Below are positions 1 to 9,342 of a stretch of DNA of 32,000 bases, one piece after another. How positions within the stretch are numbered: position 1 is the stretch's first letter; every line of letters begins with the position of its first letter. Source of the stretch: Candidatus Hermodarchaeota archaeon (lineage in GTDB: Archaea; Asgardarchaeota; Heimdallarchaeia; Hodarchaeales; Hodarchaeaceae); contig JBHLKY010000017.1 of assembly GCA_048886185.1 (NCBI GenBank), positions 85,837 to 117,836 of the forward strand, given 5' to 3'. Both the position numbers and the translations under genes were made by a program. A model generated the notes under the pieces. It ran no database searches. It saw only the letters and a program-made list of their open reading frames with translations, and had not been told where the DNA came from.

Positions 1-348
1 AGCCATATTCAGATACTTTGGTGGGCAAATAAAGTCGATTCCAAGGAGTATCGCAATAGATTAGATTGTGTACCACCATATGGAGAAAATCCTCCAGTCA
101 CAGGAGTTTTTGCAACTCGAGCAGAATATCGTCCTAATCCCATCGCATTAACCACTGCACAAATAAAGGATGTTAACCATGAAGAAGGCTTGGTTAAAAT
201 TCAAAATATTGATGCAATTGATAATACTCCAGTTTTGGATATCAAAGCTTATTTTCCAGTTTGTGATCGTGTGAAAAAAGCCATTATACCTGAATGGATT
301 GTCGGATGGCCAGAATGGCTTCCAGAAGAGGGTTTAGGACTTAACTAA
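1..348 (+). CDS. trmO: tRNA (N6-threonylcarbamoyladenosine(37)-N6)-methyltransferase TrmO/TsaA family, 5'-truncated by window edge
   Basis: My frame +1 translation (not in ORF track): ...TGVFATRAEYRPNPIALT...IDAIDNTPVLDIKAYFP...PEWLPEEGLGLN*; GVFATR-x3-RPNP and D-x-TPVLDIK are TsaA/TrmO hallmarks; TAA at 346-348. Confidence 0.85.
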   Translation, partial: SHIQILWWANKVDSKEYRNRLDCVPPYGENPPVTGVFATRAEYRPNPIALTTAQIKDVNHEEGLVKIQNIDAIDNTPVLDIKAYFPVCDRVKKAIIPEWIVGWPEWLPEEGLGLN

Positions 349-392
349 GAAAAAAATGGATCTAATAGTCCCTGAGAAAAGGAATACAAATA

Positions 393-938
393 ATGATAAA
401 AAAAGTTGAACCAGAACGGATTACTATAATCAATCGAGGTAAACCCTTAAGACTGCTAGGTTGTGTTTTTTACGGTGATCCGTTTCACTCTGTCGGAGGA
501 TGGAGTGAGGAAAACGAGATTGGGCTCACATGGCAAAGATTTATGCGATTATATGAAAAACATAAGGCTTTTATTCAACAATTTTGTATGAAGTGTGAGG
601 TAATGTACGAAGTCCACTTGGAACCAGAAGAATACAAAAATACAAAGAAGTTCTATGTTTTTACAGGAATAGAAATAACTGATTCACCTGAAATACCTCT
701 AGAATTGTTTAATATGACACTTCCAGTTTCAAAATATGGTATTTTTACTTTTAAAGGGGAAAATATCTTTAGAGGAGGAGAATTCATTTATAATGAGTGG
801 TTACCTGATTCTAATTACGAAGAAGCGCATCCCTTTCTTATCCAAGCTTACGATCAACGCTTCAAAGGAATGGAAAGTTCCTTGCTTGAAGAATCAGAAC
901 TTGATTATCATATTCCGATTAAACTCAAGGTCTACTAG
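393..938 (+). CDS. Stand-alone GyrI-like (AraC effector-binding) small-molecule binding protein
   Basis: EIGLTWQRF, YVFTGIEI, LPVSKYGIFTFKG, IYNEWLPDSNY pattern typical of GyrI-like domains; no HTH. Confidence 0.8.
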   Translation: MIKKVEPERITIINRGKPLRLLGCVFYGDPFHSVGGWSEENEIGLTWQRFMRLYEKHKAFIQQFCMKCEVMYEVHLEPEEYKNTKKFYVFTGIEITDSPEIPLELFNMTLPVSKYGIFTFKGENIFRGGEFIYNEWLPDSNYEEAHPFLIQAYDQRFKGMESSLLEESELDYHIPIKLKVY

Positions 939-962
939 AGGTGACCAATACTTTTCTTTCAT

Positions 963-1397
963 TCATAAATGGACAAGCTCAGACTCAATCCAACTAATTA
1001 TTTCGTCACGAACCTCACGGAAAACTCTTAAGATCTCTTCCTCCGTACCTTGGATTGAACTGGGATCCTTGAATCCTTTATGAATAGATTTTCCTCCTCC
1101 AGGGAAAATGGGGCAATTTTCTTTCGCAGTATTACAAACTGTCACTATCAGATCCATTTTCATTCCAAGAAAATCTGTCAAACTTTTTGAGGCATGATCT
1201 GAAATATCTATCCCTATTTCTTTCATTGACATTATTGAATAAGAATTTATCTGAGATGGTTCGGTTCCAGCACTATAAACTTCATATTTATCGCTATATT
1301 TCGCCCGCAAATAACCCTCGGCCATTTGACTCCTAGCAGCATTATTCGTACAAATGAAAATCACACTTTTTTTCATATTGGTCACCAAAATGCTCAC
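963..1397 (-). CDS. arsC: Thioredoxin-coupled arsenate reductase (LMW-PTP fold)
   Basis: P-loop CTNNAARSQMAEG (CX5R), SAGT, redox pair VTVC-x6-CPIFPG, FKDPS. Confidence 0.88.
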   Translation of the reverse strand: MSILVTNMKKSVIFICTNNAARSQMAEGYLRAKYSDKYEVYSAGTEPSQINSYSIMSMKEIGIDISDHASKSLTDFLGMKMDLIVTVCNTAKENCPIFPGGGKSIHKGFKDPSSIQGTEEEILRVFREVRDEIISWIESELVHL

Positions 1398-1426
1398 TAT
1401 AAGATTATAGATTCATTTCTCATTCA

Positions 1427-1600
1427 CTAATCAGGTTTTACGGGTTCTTCAACAAAAAAGAAGGCTAAGCCACAAACGAATCGTAAAAATATGTCTATTA
1501 AGACCATAATATAAATTACTGACCATTTACCAACATTAATCATTAGCACTTCTGTAACAATCCCAGTAGTAATAGACCCAATGAACGTTACCAATCTCAT
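1427..1600 (-). pseudogene. 57-codon hydrophobic ORF, probable 3' remnant of an MFS-type permease or a small 2-TM protein
   Basis: My translation: MRLVTFIGSITTGIVTEVLMINVGKWSVIYIMVLIDIFLRFVCGLAFFFVEEPVKPD*; two TM segments ending in FFVEEP, like the last two MFS helices; in-frame TAA three codons upstream of the ATG. Confidence 0.45.
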
Positions 1601-1686
1601 TAGAGATTACTAACTAAAGTTCCTTGAAATATTCTCGAAAATTCAAATCATATGTATTTGAGAACCACATGCTTAATAAAGCTTAG

Positions 1687-3333
1687 CTAGAATTCAGGAA
1701 TAGGTATTTTAAAGCTTCCCAAATGATGTCTCTTGGTACTATGAATCTCGACTTCCTCTATAATCAAAACTTTATTACTATAGATACTAAATATATTGTA
1801 AGTATTTCGTTTTTGAGATCGAATTTTCTTCGAGGAGAAAGTTCCTGCATTCACAAAAACACTCTCTTCTACCTGTAGTACACCAGCAGAATGACCTAAT
1901 CCTGACAATATCAAAGGAATTTTTTGGTGAGATATGAATTCAAGTACATCCCCTGCATCTTTTATTGTCCGTTCGAAAGCAGTTTGAGGTACAGGCATAC
2001 AGGAATGATGCATCAACAAAATAAAAATTCTATTATCCTTAAATTTATTAAAATCCTTATGTAAAAGATTTAGATTATGTCTACCTATAAGACCATTATC
2101 ATCAGGACCAGTATTTATTCCAAAGATATGTATATGGTTTTCCACGTCATCATAAATAGGATTAAGAGATCCTATCTGATTATACCATAGCTTTTGGCCA
2201 AATGGTTGAAGATCACGCGTCCCTGGTACTAAAACTATCGGTTGATTCTTTTCTTTTAATATATTGAGGAAAATTTTTGCCATATTATAATCTTCTTCAT
2301 AAGAATCATTGGTAATTCCTCCAGAATAAGCAATAACTGATGGTTTTTCATTAAGTACCATTTGAACACCTTTATTAAAGATATCTTCTTGGAAGTCTTT
2401 CCCCTCAGTGAAGTGAACACAACTCATATGGCAAATCTTTGTAATAAGGTGTTTGGAAGGTTCGGAAGCAAAGTAGGAAGATATTTCTCCGTTTCTCAAA
2501 GGATGGGTGGAAGTAGTGGGCTTTTGGAAAATAGAATATTTGTCTATACCATGAAAATTAACATGAACCTCCTCATTAGAAATATTTAAGGTTAAATATA
2601 CATGTCCAGCCTTACCACGTGTCTTATGACTGGAAAAAGTCCCATTGTTGATTAGTAACATTCTTCTTCTCCCATTTGAAATGTTAAAGCAATTAGGGAA
2701 ATGACGGTGCCCTACAATAACAATGTCAACTCCAGCTTCCCATAATACAGGGAGGACGTCTCCAGCATCACGAATCATGCTTCTCTCACGCCCAGTGTTA
2801 GGAATAGGTAATAGATGATGGTGGAACGTTAGTATCTTTATCACATCATCAGGATACGATGCAAGTCTAGCAAAAATCTCATCCTGTCCTCGAGCACCGA
2901 TCCTCCCATTATTTGCATCAGGTTCCACAGAATCTATCCCAAGAATGACCACATTACCCCCTTTTTTCGTTGTATCAATAAAAAAATGTCGTGAACCGTA
3001 TAAATCATGCCATATTTCACGTCCAATATTCCGAAAATCATGATTTCCTGGGATGTAGTGGATGATTGGTTGTTCTACTCCATGAGTAGCAAAAGTTCCC
3101 TTAATTAGTGCATTAGCATAATTATAATCTTCTATGGTGCCTTGGTCAGTAATATCCCCTAGATTTAACAATATGATTTCAGGATATCGCCTCATCTCCT
3201 GCGCAATACTCATAATGCCATTAGTGAATGCTTCCTCATGAAAATACCCAGAAAATTTGCTAATATGGAGATCAGAAAAAACTATGATTCGCGTTGCATG
3301 ATTTAGGTGTAAAGACAAGAAATTTTCCACCAA
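1687..3333 (-). CDS. Tandem (two-domain) calcineurin-like metallophosphoesterase; C-terminal domain degenerate
   Basis: Domain 1: SDLH, GDITD, PGNHD, FHHH, GHRH; domain 2 counterparts SCVH, GGITN, PGTRD, MHHS, GLGH. Confidence 0.85.
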   Translation of the reverse strand: MVENFLSLHLNHATRIIVFSDLHISKFSGYFHEEAFTNGIMSIAQEMRRYPEIILLNLGDITDQGTIEDYNYANALIKGTFATHGVEQPIIHYIPGNHDFRNIGREIWHDLYGSRHFFIDTTKKGGNVVILGIDSVEPDANNGRIGARGQDEIFARLASYPDDVIKILTFHHHLLPIPNTGRERSMIRDAGDVLPVLWEAGVDIVIVGHRHFPNCFNISNGRRRMLLINNGTFSSHKTRGKAGHVYLTLNISNEEVHVNFHGIDKYSIFQKPTTSTHPLRNGEISSYFASEPSKHLITKICHMSCVHFTEGKDFQEDIFNKGVQMVLNEKPSVIAYSGGITNDSYEEDYNMAKIFLNILKEKNQPIVLVPGTRDLQPFGQKLWYNQIGSLNPIYDDVENHIHIFGINTGPDDNGLIGRHNLNLLHKDFNKFKDNRIFILLMHHSCMPVPQTAFERTIKDAGDVLEFISHQKIPLILSGLGHSAGVLQVEESVFVNAGTFSSKKIRSQKRNTYNIFSIYSNKVLIIEEVEIHSTKRHHLGSFKIPIPEF

Positions 3334-3570
3334 TTACAATTTATTTATCTGGAGATAAGGCTTCAAATATTTAAGTGTTAGTCGATATTTTTACTACATA
3401 TCCGAATTGATTTTTATTTTTCTGTTTAGGATATTAATGACAAAGAAGGTCAAAGTCAAACATATAAATTGTTTAGAAGAAATGAGTTTAATAAGATGAT
3501 ACTTAAGTTATTAAAGAGAAATAATCCTAACATACAAGTCTGAAGTTACCTAATTTAAGTTTGGATAGTT

Positions 3571-5484
3571 ATGAAAATGGCAATAGCAGGAAGTCGAAGC
3601 AGATTAAGGGGTAAAGGAATAGCTGTAATAGCTATTTTAATAGTTCTGCTTCTGATCTTAGGATCAGGACCAATAATTCAATCAGTAATACTCAAAACTA
3701 GATTCATTAGTTCATCAAGGGAACCAGGTCAAATTAACAAAGTTGAATTGATGCCTAATCTTCCTGATCCATTTCACATGCGAGATTGGAAGCAGGTAGC
3801 CCAAGATTATGACGCCTTCGTCTTTAACTTCAATAAAACAGGTGATTATTTACCATTAATTAGCTGGGATAGAAGTTACCCAAACTTTGCCAGAGACACT
3901 TTCAGTATGCCTTCATTCGTTGGCCGATCTATGGCAGATGAGGCAATAAACTGTATGGCTGCAGTATTGAGCGCCACACTTGTTGGAATCGATAAGAGTA
4001 ATCAAAGTGGTTATAACTGGGTTGAAATGTGTGAAAATTGGTATAATATTGATTCAGGAGAATACATTTATCTAAATAATAGACATGCGGATTCAGGTAC
4101 CAGTTTTTGGTATGTATTATTCCCTAATTTGATATTTTATCAATTAGCTTATTATTATCCTGAAACTGGAGATTTCCAAAATGAGATTCGTATGGTTGCA
4201 GATCGATGGTACAACGCTTGTGTTGAAATGGGCGGAAAAACAGATCCTTGGAGAATCCCCGACTTTTTTTATACAGCCTTTGACTTTGATACAATGAACC
4301 CAGTGTATAATGGAAAATGGAGGGAACCAGATGCGGCAGCAGCCATCGCTTGGCTGGAATATATGGCATATTGCATTGATGGAGATCCTAAATATTTGAC
4401 TGCGGCCAAGTGGTGTGTACAATACTTGACTAAATTAACTTTCAATCCTCTATATGAGATACTACTTCCATATGGAGCATATATCGCCACACGTATGAAT
4501 GCAGAACTTGGTAGAGCTTATGACATCAATAAAATTATTAATTGGTGCTTTGGTCCAGGGGATTATAGAGCTCGGTCTGGTTGGGGAGTCATCACAGAGA
4601 ACTGGGGAGGGTCTGACTGCCATGGTCTGCATGGGAGTATAACAGATGGAGGAGGTTATGCGTTTTTAATGGGAACCTTTGAGAATGTTGGTTGTTTAGT
4701 TCCTATTGTTAGATATGATGATCGATATGCTCGTGCCATAGGGAAGTATGTACTTAATGCCGCTAATGCTGCACGATTGCTTTACGGAAATGGTTTAGAT
4801 GCAGACCACCAAGACAGTGAGGAATGGATCGAATCATATGACCCAACTTACTGTATTGGATATGAAGGGCTCCGTAAAACGTGGAATGATGTTAGTCCCT
4901 TCGCTACAGGCGACGCAATAAGATCAGGATGGGGGCCAACCAACTTAGGACTTTATGGAAGTTCACATGTAGGTATTTTTGGTGGAATTATTGCACCAAC
5001 GAATGATGAAAAAATTCTGCAACTCGACTGTCTTAAGACAGATTATTATCATGATGAGGCTTATCCCACATTTCTTTACTACAATCCTTATGATGTAACA
5101 AAAACGGTAGAAATTGATTTGGGTTCAGATAGGAAAAGCCTTTATGATACTGTATCTGAAAATTTCTTAGCCACAAATGTTTCAGGCATTACATCTTTTC
5201 AAATTCCCTCTGATTCGGCTGCAGTTGTTGTTGTTGCCCCTGCTGATGGAGATATAACTTATCAAGGAACCAGGACACTTTTTAATAATATTACAATTGA
5301 CTATGAGCCTGTTACAGAAGTGGATGCTAGTACATGGCCCCTGGAGACAACAACTTTTGCAGAAAATACAACAAGCTTAGAATCAAAATCAACATCAGGT
5401 ACAAAAACAAGTCCTTATCCTAACTTTGTGGTTATTTTTGCGGTTTTGGGAATTTTAGCATTTTTCTTGCGCAAAAAAAAGTAA
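3571..5484 (+). CDS. Exported, membrane-anchored surface protein; Trp/Tyr-rich helical core, possibly carbohydrate-active; family not assigned
   Basis: N-terminal hydrophobic segment (IAVIAILIVLLLILG), ~540 aa globular core, Thr/Ser stalk, C-terminal YPNF+TM+RKKK. Confidence 0.6.
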   Translation: MKMAIAGSRSRLRGKGIAVIAILIVLLLILGSGPIIQSVILKTRFISSSREPGQINKVELMPNLPDPFHMRDWKQVAQDYDAFVFNFNKTGDYLPLISWDRSYPNFARDTFSMPSFVGRSMADEAINCMAAVLSATLVGIDKSNQSGYNWVEMCENWYNIDSGEYIYLNNRHADSGTSFWYVLFPNLIFYQLAYYYPETGDFQNEIRMVADRWYNACVEMGGKTDPWRIPDFFYTAFDFDTMNPVYNGKWREPDAAAAIAWLEYMAYCIDGDPKYLTAAKWCVQYLTKLTFNPLYEILLPYGAYIATRMNAELGRAYDINKIINWCFGPGDYRARSGWGVITENWGGSDCHGLHGSITDGGGYAFLMGTFENVGCLVPIVRYDDRYARAIGKYVLNAANAARLLYGNGLDADHQDSEEWIESYDPTYCIGYEGLRKTWNDVSPFATGDAIRSGWGPTNLGLYGSSHVGIFGGIIAPTNDEKILQLDCLKTDYYHDEAYPTFLYYNPYDVTKTVEIDLGSDRKSLYDTVSENFLATNVSGITSFQIPSDSAAVVVVAPADGDITYQGTRTLFNNITIDYEPVTEVDASTWPLETTTFAENTTSLESKSTSGTKTSPYPNFVVIFAVLGILAFFLRKKK

Positions 5485-5539
5485 TTGATTGGATTATTTA
5501 AGATAATTCTCTGCGATTTCTTTAGTATCATTTAAAACA

Positions 5540-6313
5540 ATGAAATGTAAACAGGGGAATATGTCACTAGAATCAATTATTGATACATTCAGAATTGTTA
5601 TCTACTTTATTTTGACCTTGGCAATACTCCTGGTATCTTTTTTTCCTGAAGGGTGGCTTCTCTATTATTATTTGGTGGAAGAACCCGAAATAATCCATTG
5701 TCTTTTAGCTCCACTGTACTTCTTTGTAACATATTGCGTAACGGTGATATTTTTCGGTGTGGTCCATTCACAAATTGTTATAAGACTCACTCTACCGTAT
5801 CAAATCAAACCAGGTAATTATCCTCATCATTCAAGTAAAGGAAGATTAATCGCAATTCGCTTAACTGCAGATGGCATTTTTAAAAGTATGATTAAGGTCT
5901 TTACACCACTTCCCTTTGTTTGGGGAGTTTTTCTCTTTCCATATCTAATGAGATTATATGGTCTTAAATGTGGAAAAAATGTTCATATTGCCACAAACAC
6001 ATGGATTGACTGCCCATTAGTGGAAATAGGAGATAATACATTCGTAGGATGGAATTCGGTTCTTTCAGGACACGCAAATGAGAATAGAGAATTTATTATT
6101 GAACCAGTAAAAATTGGAAAGAATTGTACCATTGGATCATACTGTGTAGTTGCCCCAGGTGTTGAAGTAGGTGATAACACACTTTTAGGTCTTATGAGTG
6201 GATGGAAAAAAGGAACTAAAGTCCCTTCCAATGGAATATGGGTTGGTACTCCAGCAAAGTTGTTGAAGAAAAGAAATTTGAATGAAGAGAATGATCATGA
6301 ACGCACCAAATGA
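5540..6313 (+). CDS. Membrane-bound hexapeptide-repeat (left-handed beta-helix) acyltransferase-like protein
   Basis: N-terminal TM segments, then LMRLYGLKCGKNVHI, VEIGDNTFVG, VKIGKNCTIG, VEVGDNTLLG and terminal WVGTPAK. Confidence 0.78.
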   Translation: MKCKQGNMSLESIIDTFRIVIYFILTLAILLVSFFPEGWLLYYYLVEEPEIIHCLLAPLYFFVTYCVTVIFFGVVHSQIVIRLTLPYQIKPGNYPHHSSKGRLIAIRLTADGIFKSMIKVFTPLPFVWGVFLFPYLMRLYGLKCGKNVHIATNTWIDCPLVEIGDNTFVGWNSVLSGHANENREFIIEPVKIGKNCTIGSYCVVAPGVEVGDNTLLGLMSGWKKGTKVPSNGIWVGTPAKLLKKRNLNEENDHERTK

Positions 6314-7187
6314 TAATATGAGCTACAATACGACATTTTCTTTACATAATGACAAACTACTTGGATTTGCCGAATTTGGAGCCAAAAATGGATTCCCAGT
6401 TTTTCATTTTCACAGTACTGGGAGTTCACGTTTTGAGGGAGAACTCTTTGATAAATTGGGAAAAGAAAAAAAAATCAGAATTATTGGAGTTGATAGACCA
6501 GGATTTGGTCTCTCTGAATTTCAGGCAAGAGAACTACTAGACTGGCCAAATACACTTCTAGAACTAGTAGATTTCTTGGAAATCGATAATTTCTCTGTAA
6601 TGGGTATTTCAGGTGGGGGTCCACACGCTATTGCTTGTGCATACAGTCTTTCTGATAAATTAGAAAATTGTATAGCGATAGGTTCTCCTGGGCCACCAGA
6701 GATTGGAAATAAGTATTTTCCTCGGTTAGTAAGATTACAGGGATGGATCTTCAAGCATTTTCCGTTTTTTTATGTCCAATACATGAAAAGGATATTAAAG
6801 ATAAGTTCTAATCCAGTAAGTTTGAAGAGTTTCGTTCAAAGATTTAAAAAGCGATATCCACCTGCTGATGCTAAATTTATACTTGAAGATCAGGGGGAGT
6901 ATCTACCTATCATTTCAAGGGCTATCAAGGAGGGTACACGAGAGTCGTTTAATGGTGCTGTTCAAGAAATGAAGATTTTCTCGTCTTCTTGGGGATTCAA
7001 TTTGAAAGACATTTCTGCGAAACAAAAAGTTGTCCTTTGGCACGGAGAAGATGATATGACATATAAAGCTGCTCAAGAAATAAGTGAGCTTATTCCCAAC
7101 TGTGTACAGAAATTTTTTCAAGGTGAAGGCCATTTTTCGGTTTTTATTAATCATTTAGATAAAATTCTTGATGAGATTATTTCATAA
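6282..7187 (+). CDS. Alpha/beta hydrolase
   Basis: FHSTGSSR, GVDRPGFGLS, nucleophile elbow GISGGG, WHGEDD, GEGHFS; true start may be ATG 6291 or 6297. Confidence 0.9.
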   Translation: MKRMIMNAPNDNMSYNTTFSLHNDKLLGFAEFGAKNGFPVFHFHSTGSSRFEGELFDKLGKEKKIRIIGVDRPGFGLSEFQARELLDWPNTLLELVDFLEIDNFSVMGISGGGPHAIACAYSLSDKLENCIAIGSPGPPEIGNKYFPRLVRLQGWIFKHFPFFYVQYMKRILKISSNPVSLKSFVQRFKKRYPPADAKFILEDQGEYLPIISRAIKEGTRESFNGAVQEMKIFSSSWGFNLKDISAKQKVVLWHGEDDMTYKAAQEISELIPNCVQKFFQGEGHFSVFINHLDKILDEIIS

Positions 7188-7403
7188 TCGATACAATGAA
7201 AGCAAGAAACCTTTTTTTGGAACCGAATCAGCGATTAAAATATGGGAAATAATTGTTGCATGTTCGATAAAGAGAAAAAGATAGATTTACAAAATAATTA
7301 GCAAGAGAGAGCTAATAAGGCAAAACTCTTAAAGATAGAAATTGCTGTATAGGTAATCTCATTTCAATTCCTTAAATGATGTTTCATTATAGAGTGTACT
7401 TCA

Positions 7404-8156
7404 ATGATAGGCATTGAGATAACTAGTAAAGAGAGTGGGATCCCCCTTTTTACACATGAATTTAGACCTGATACATTGTTTACAGATAGTGATATCAGAG
7501 CAGGGTTAATTACCGCGATCATGCGTGTTATGGGTGAGACATTTGGTCGACAAGAGACAAGAATAGTCAATTATGGTCAATACAATGCAATCCTTGCTGA
7601 GGGAGAATTTGTCTATGGAGTTCTTTTTACCTATCAAATTGGGCCTATTTTTGAAAAATTTATAGCTGAATTGGTATCAAAATTCGAGGAGAGATTTCGT
7701 CCAAAACTCGAAAAATTATCATCACCAGAATCAATAATTGAACCAGCAGAATTTGATTTTGCCGAAGAATGTTTTGAAGCTTATAATTCATTGCTTCATA
7801 TTGATGAGACGAAACTAAGAAAGCTTTTAGACATAATTCATGGCTACCAAGACAGAATTTTTGAAAATATGATCATTTATTTACGCCCTGAAATGAGTCA
7901 AATCTATACGCATCTTGTCAGTGAAAAATTCAGTGTATATAGTAATGAGGTGTCGACAGCGATAAAAACTGTTTTGGATTTATCAAATCGTACTTCATTT
8001 CCAATCGAAAATTTTCAAATTGAATTATCCAAGAATTTTCACTGTCTCATGTTTAATATTTTTCCTTATACCCTTGTAATCTTTGTAGATGAGGACAAAT
8101 TAGACACAACACAATGGAGAATTAAAGAAATTATTAAAGCATTTGTTAAAGGTTAG
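7404..8156 (+). CDS. Predicted longin-like N-terminal domain plus roadblock-like C-terminal domain (candidate eukaryotic signature protein)
   Basis: SGIPLFTHEF...DIRAGLITAIMRV...FEKFIAELVSKFEERF resembles Asgard longin-like domains; the C-terminal half has an alpha-beta-beta-alpha-beta-beta-beta-alpha hydrophobic pattern. Confidence 0.62.
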   Translation: MIGIEITSKESGIPLFTHEFRPDTLFTDSDIRAGLITAIMRVMGETFGRQETRIVNYGQYNAILAEGEFVYGVLFTYQIGPIFEKFIAELVSKFEERFRPKLEKLSSPESIIEPAEFDFAEECFEAYNSLLHIDETKLRKLLDIIHGYQDRIFENMIIYLRPEMSQIYTHLVSEKFSVYSNEVSTAIKTVLDLSNRTSFPIENFQIELSKNFHCLMFNIFPYTLVIFVDEDKLDTTQWRIKEIIKAFVKG

Positions 8157-8287
8157 AAGAAAACTCAGTTTTCTTCATTATTCCAATATCAATATTAAAA
8201 CAGCTTTTATTAACCAGATATTAATAATGAAAACCAAGGATCATTTATTGAGAATTTTGAGGCTGAAATAAAAAAGGACAACAGAAA

Positions 8288-8716
8288 ATGAAAACAACTC
8301 GTCATGAAGCCTTATTCATACTAGGACACAAATTCGGTGAACTCTCCCGTGAGATTGAGTTAGTGATAGAAACAGCAGAGCGAGAAGAAAAACGAGAAAG
8401 ACATCAGATTAAAGTAATTCGTATCTATGACTCCCTAAGGTATATTCATGATGAATTAAAACAATTAGGTGTTTCAGAGGAAATCCAAAGAGATCTCTCT
8501 TTATATTTGAATACTCTTGCGAAAAACTATAGTGAGATCAGAAATAGGATTGTTGAAGAAGAAAAACAAGAAACAGAGACTGAAATGATCGTTAGTAAAT
8601 TAAAACGGAGATTTCAAAGGAAAAATCTGGATCTTAAACCAAATGAGGTTGCTGACCTAAGTGTGAAATTAAAAATATGGAAAGATAAGATGATATTAGA
8701 ATTATTGAAATCTTAA
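8288..8716 (+). CDS. Hypothetical all-helical charged protein
   Basis: 142-aa ORF, E/K/R-rich amphipathic helices, no recognisable motif. Confidence 0.7.
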   Translation: MKTTRHEALFILGHKFGELSREIELVIETAEREEKRERHQIKVIRIYDSLRYIHDELKQLGVSEEIQRDLSLYLNTLAKNYSEIRNRIVEEEKQETETEMIVSKLKRRFQRKNLDLKPNEVADLSVKLKIWKDKMILELLKS

Positions 8717-8758
8717 GTTAGTATGAAAAAATAGTCCTATATACTAAAAAAAAACCTA

Positions 8759-9280
8759 CTAATCCTGATATAGACGAGGATCAACATATTTCCAGTTATT
8801 ATTCCTATTCCTGAAATTATCCCTTTCTTCTTCAGTTGTCTGAAAAAATTCTAGGGTACACTTATCATCTCCACAAGCTTCACAGGTAGTATGAATCAAC
8901 TTCTTCCCGGGATCGGAATCCATACTTCTAGCTGCATCAACATAGCAATAAAGGCGACCCAAGTTTAATTCATTGAATTGTTTGAATACCTTTGCCAGAT
9001 TACATCCTGAAACAATAAAACGTCCAGCCTCATCTTGATAAATTTCACCAGAATAAACACCCCATTTTGGAAGGTCAGATCCACCTCTCTTTACTGTTTC
9101 GTTAATCCTCTGTCCATATTCTATAATAGCTTTGATTACTAATTCTGACCCCTTTTCATCACCAAATTCCTCAACTAAAACATTTGCAAATGATAAATGT
9201 AATAGCGCAAGCCTAGTAATAGCTGTTTTTACTTCCTTTATTGCTTCGTCTAATGGAACAACTTTAGTTTTATTAGCCAT
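8759..9280 (-). CDS. L-2-amino-thiazoline-4-carboxylic acid (ATC) hydrolase family protein
   Basis: EEFGDEKG..LVIKAI.EYG, GCNLA, GRLYCYVD, TC.ACGDDKC pattern. Confidence 0.75.
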   Translation of the reverse strand: MANKTKVVPLDEAIKEVKTAITRLALLHLSFANVLVEEFGDEKGSELVIKAIIEYGQRINETVKRGGSDLPKWGVYSGEIYQDEAGRFIVSGCNLAKVFKQFNELNLGRLYCYVDAARSMDSDPGKKLIHTTCEACGDDKCTLEFFQTTEEERDNFRNRNNNWKYVDPRLYQD

Positions 9281-9342
9281 TGATAAGGACTCTCCTGTTT
9301 GGAAATTCTACTTTAAAGCCATAAAAAGTGTATATTGATTAT

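Noticed and set aside
7404-9280. Proto-TRAPP-like cluster (longin gene near an ATC-hydrolase/V4R-related gene)
   Set aside because: The genes are convergent and separated by another gene, and the ATC-hydrolase family is common in anaerobes; there is no evidence of functional linkage.
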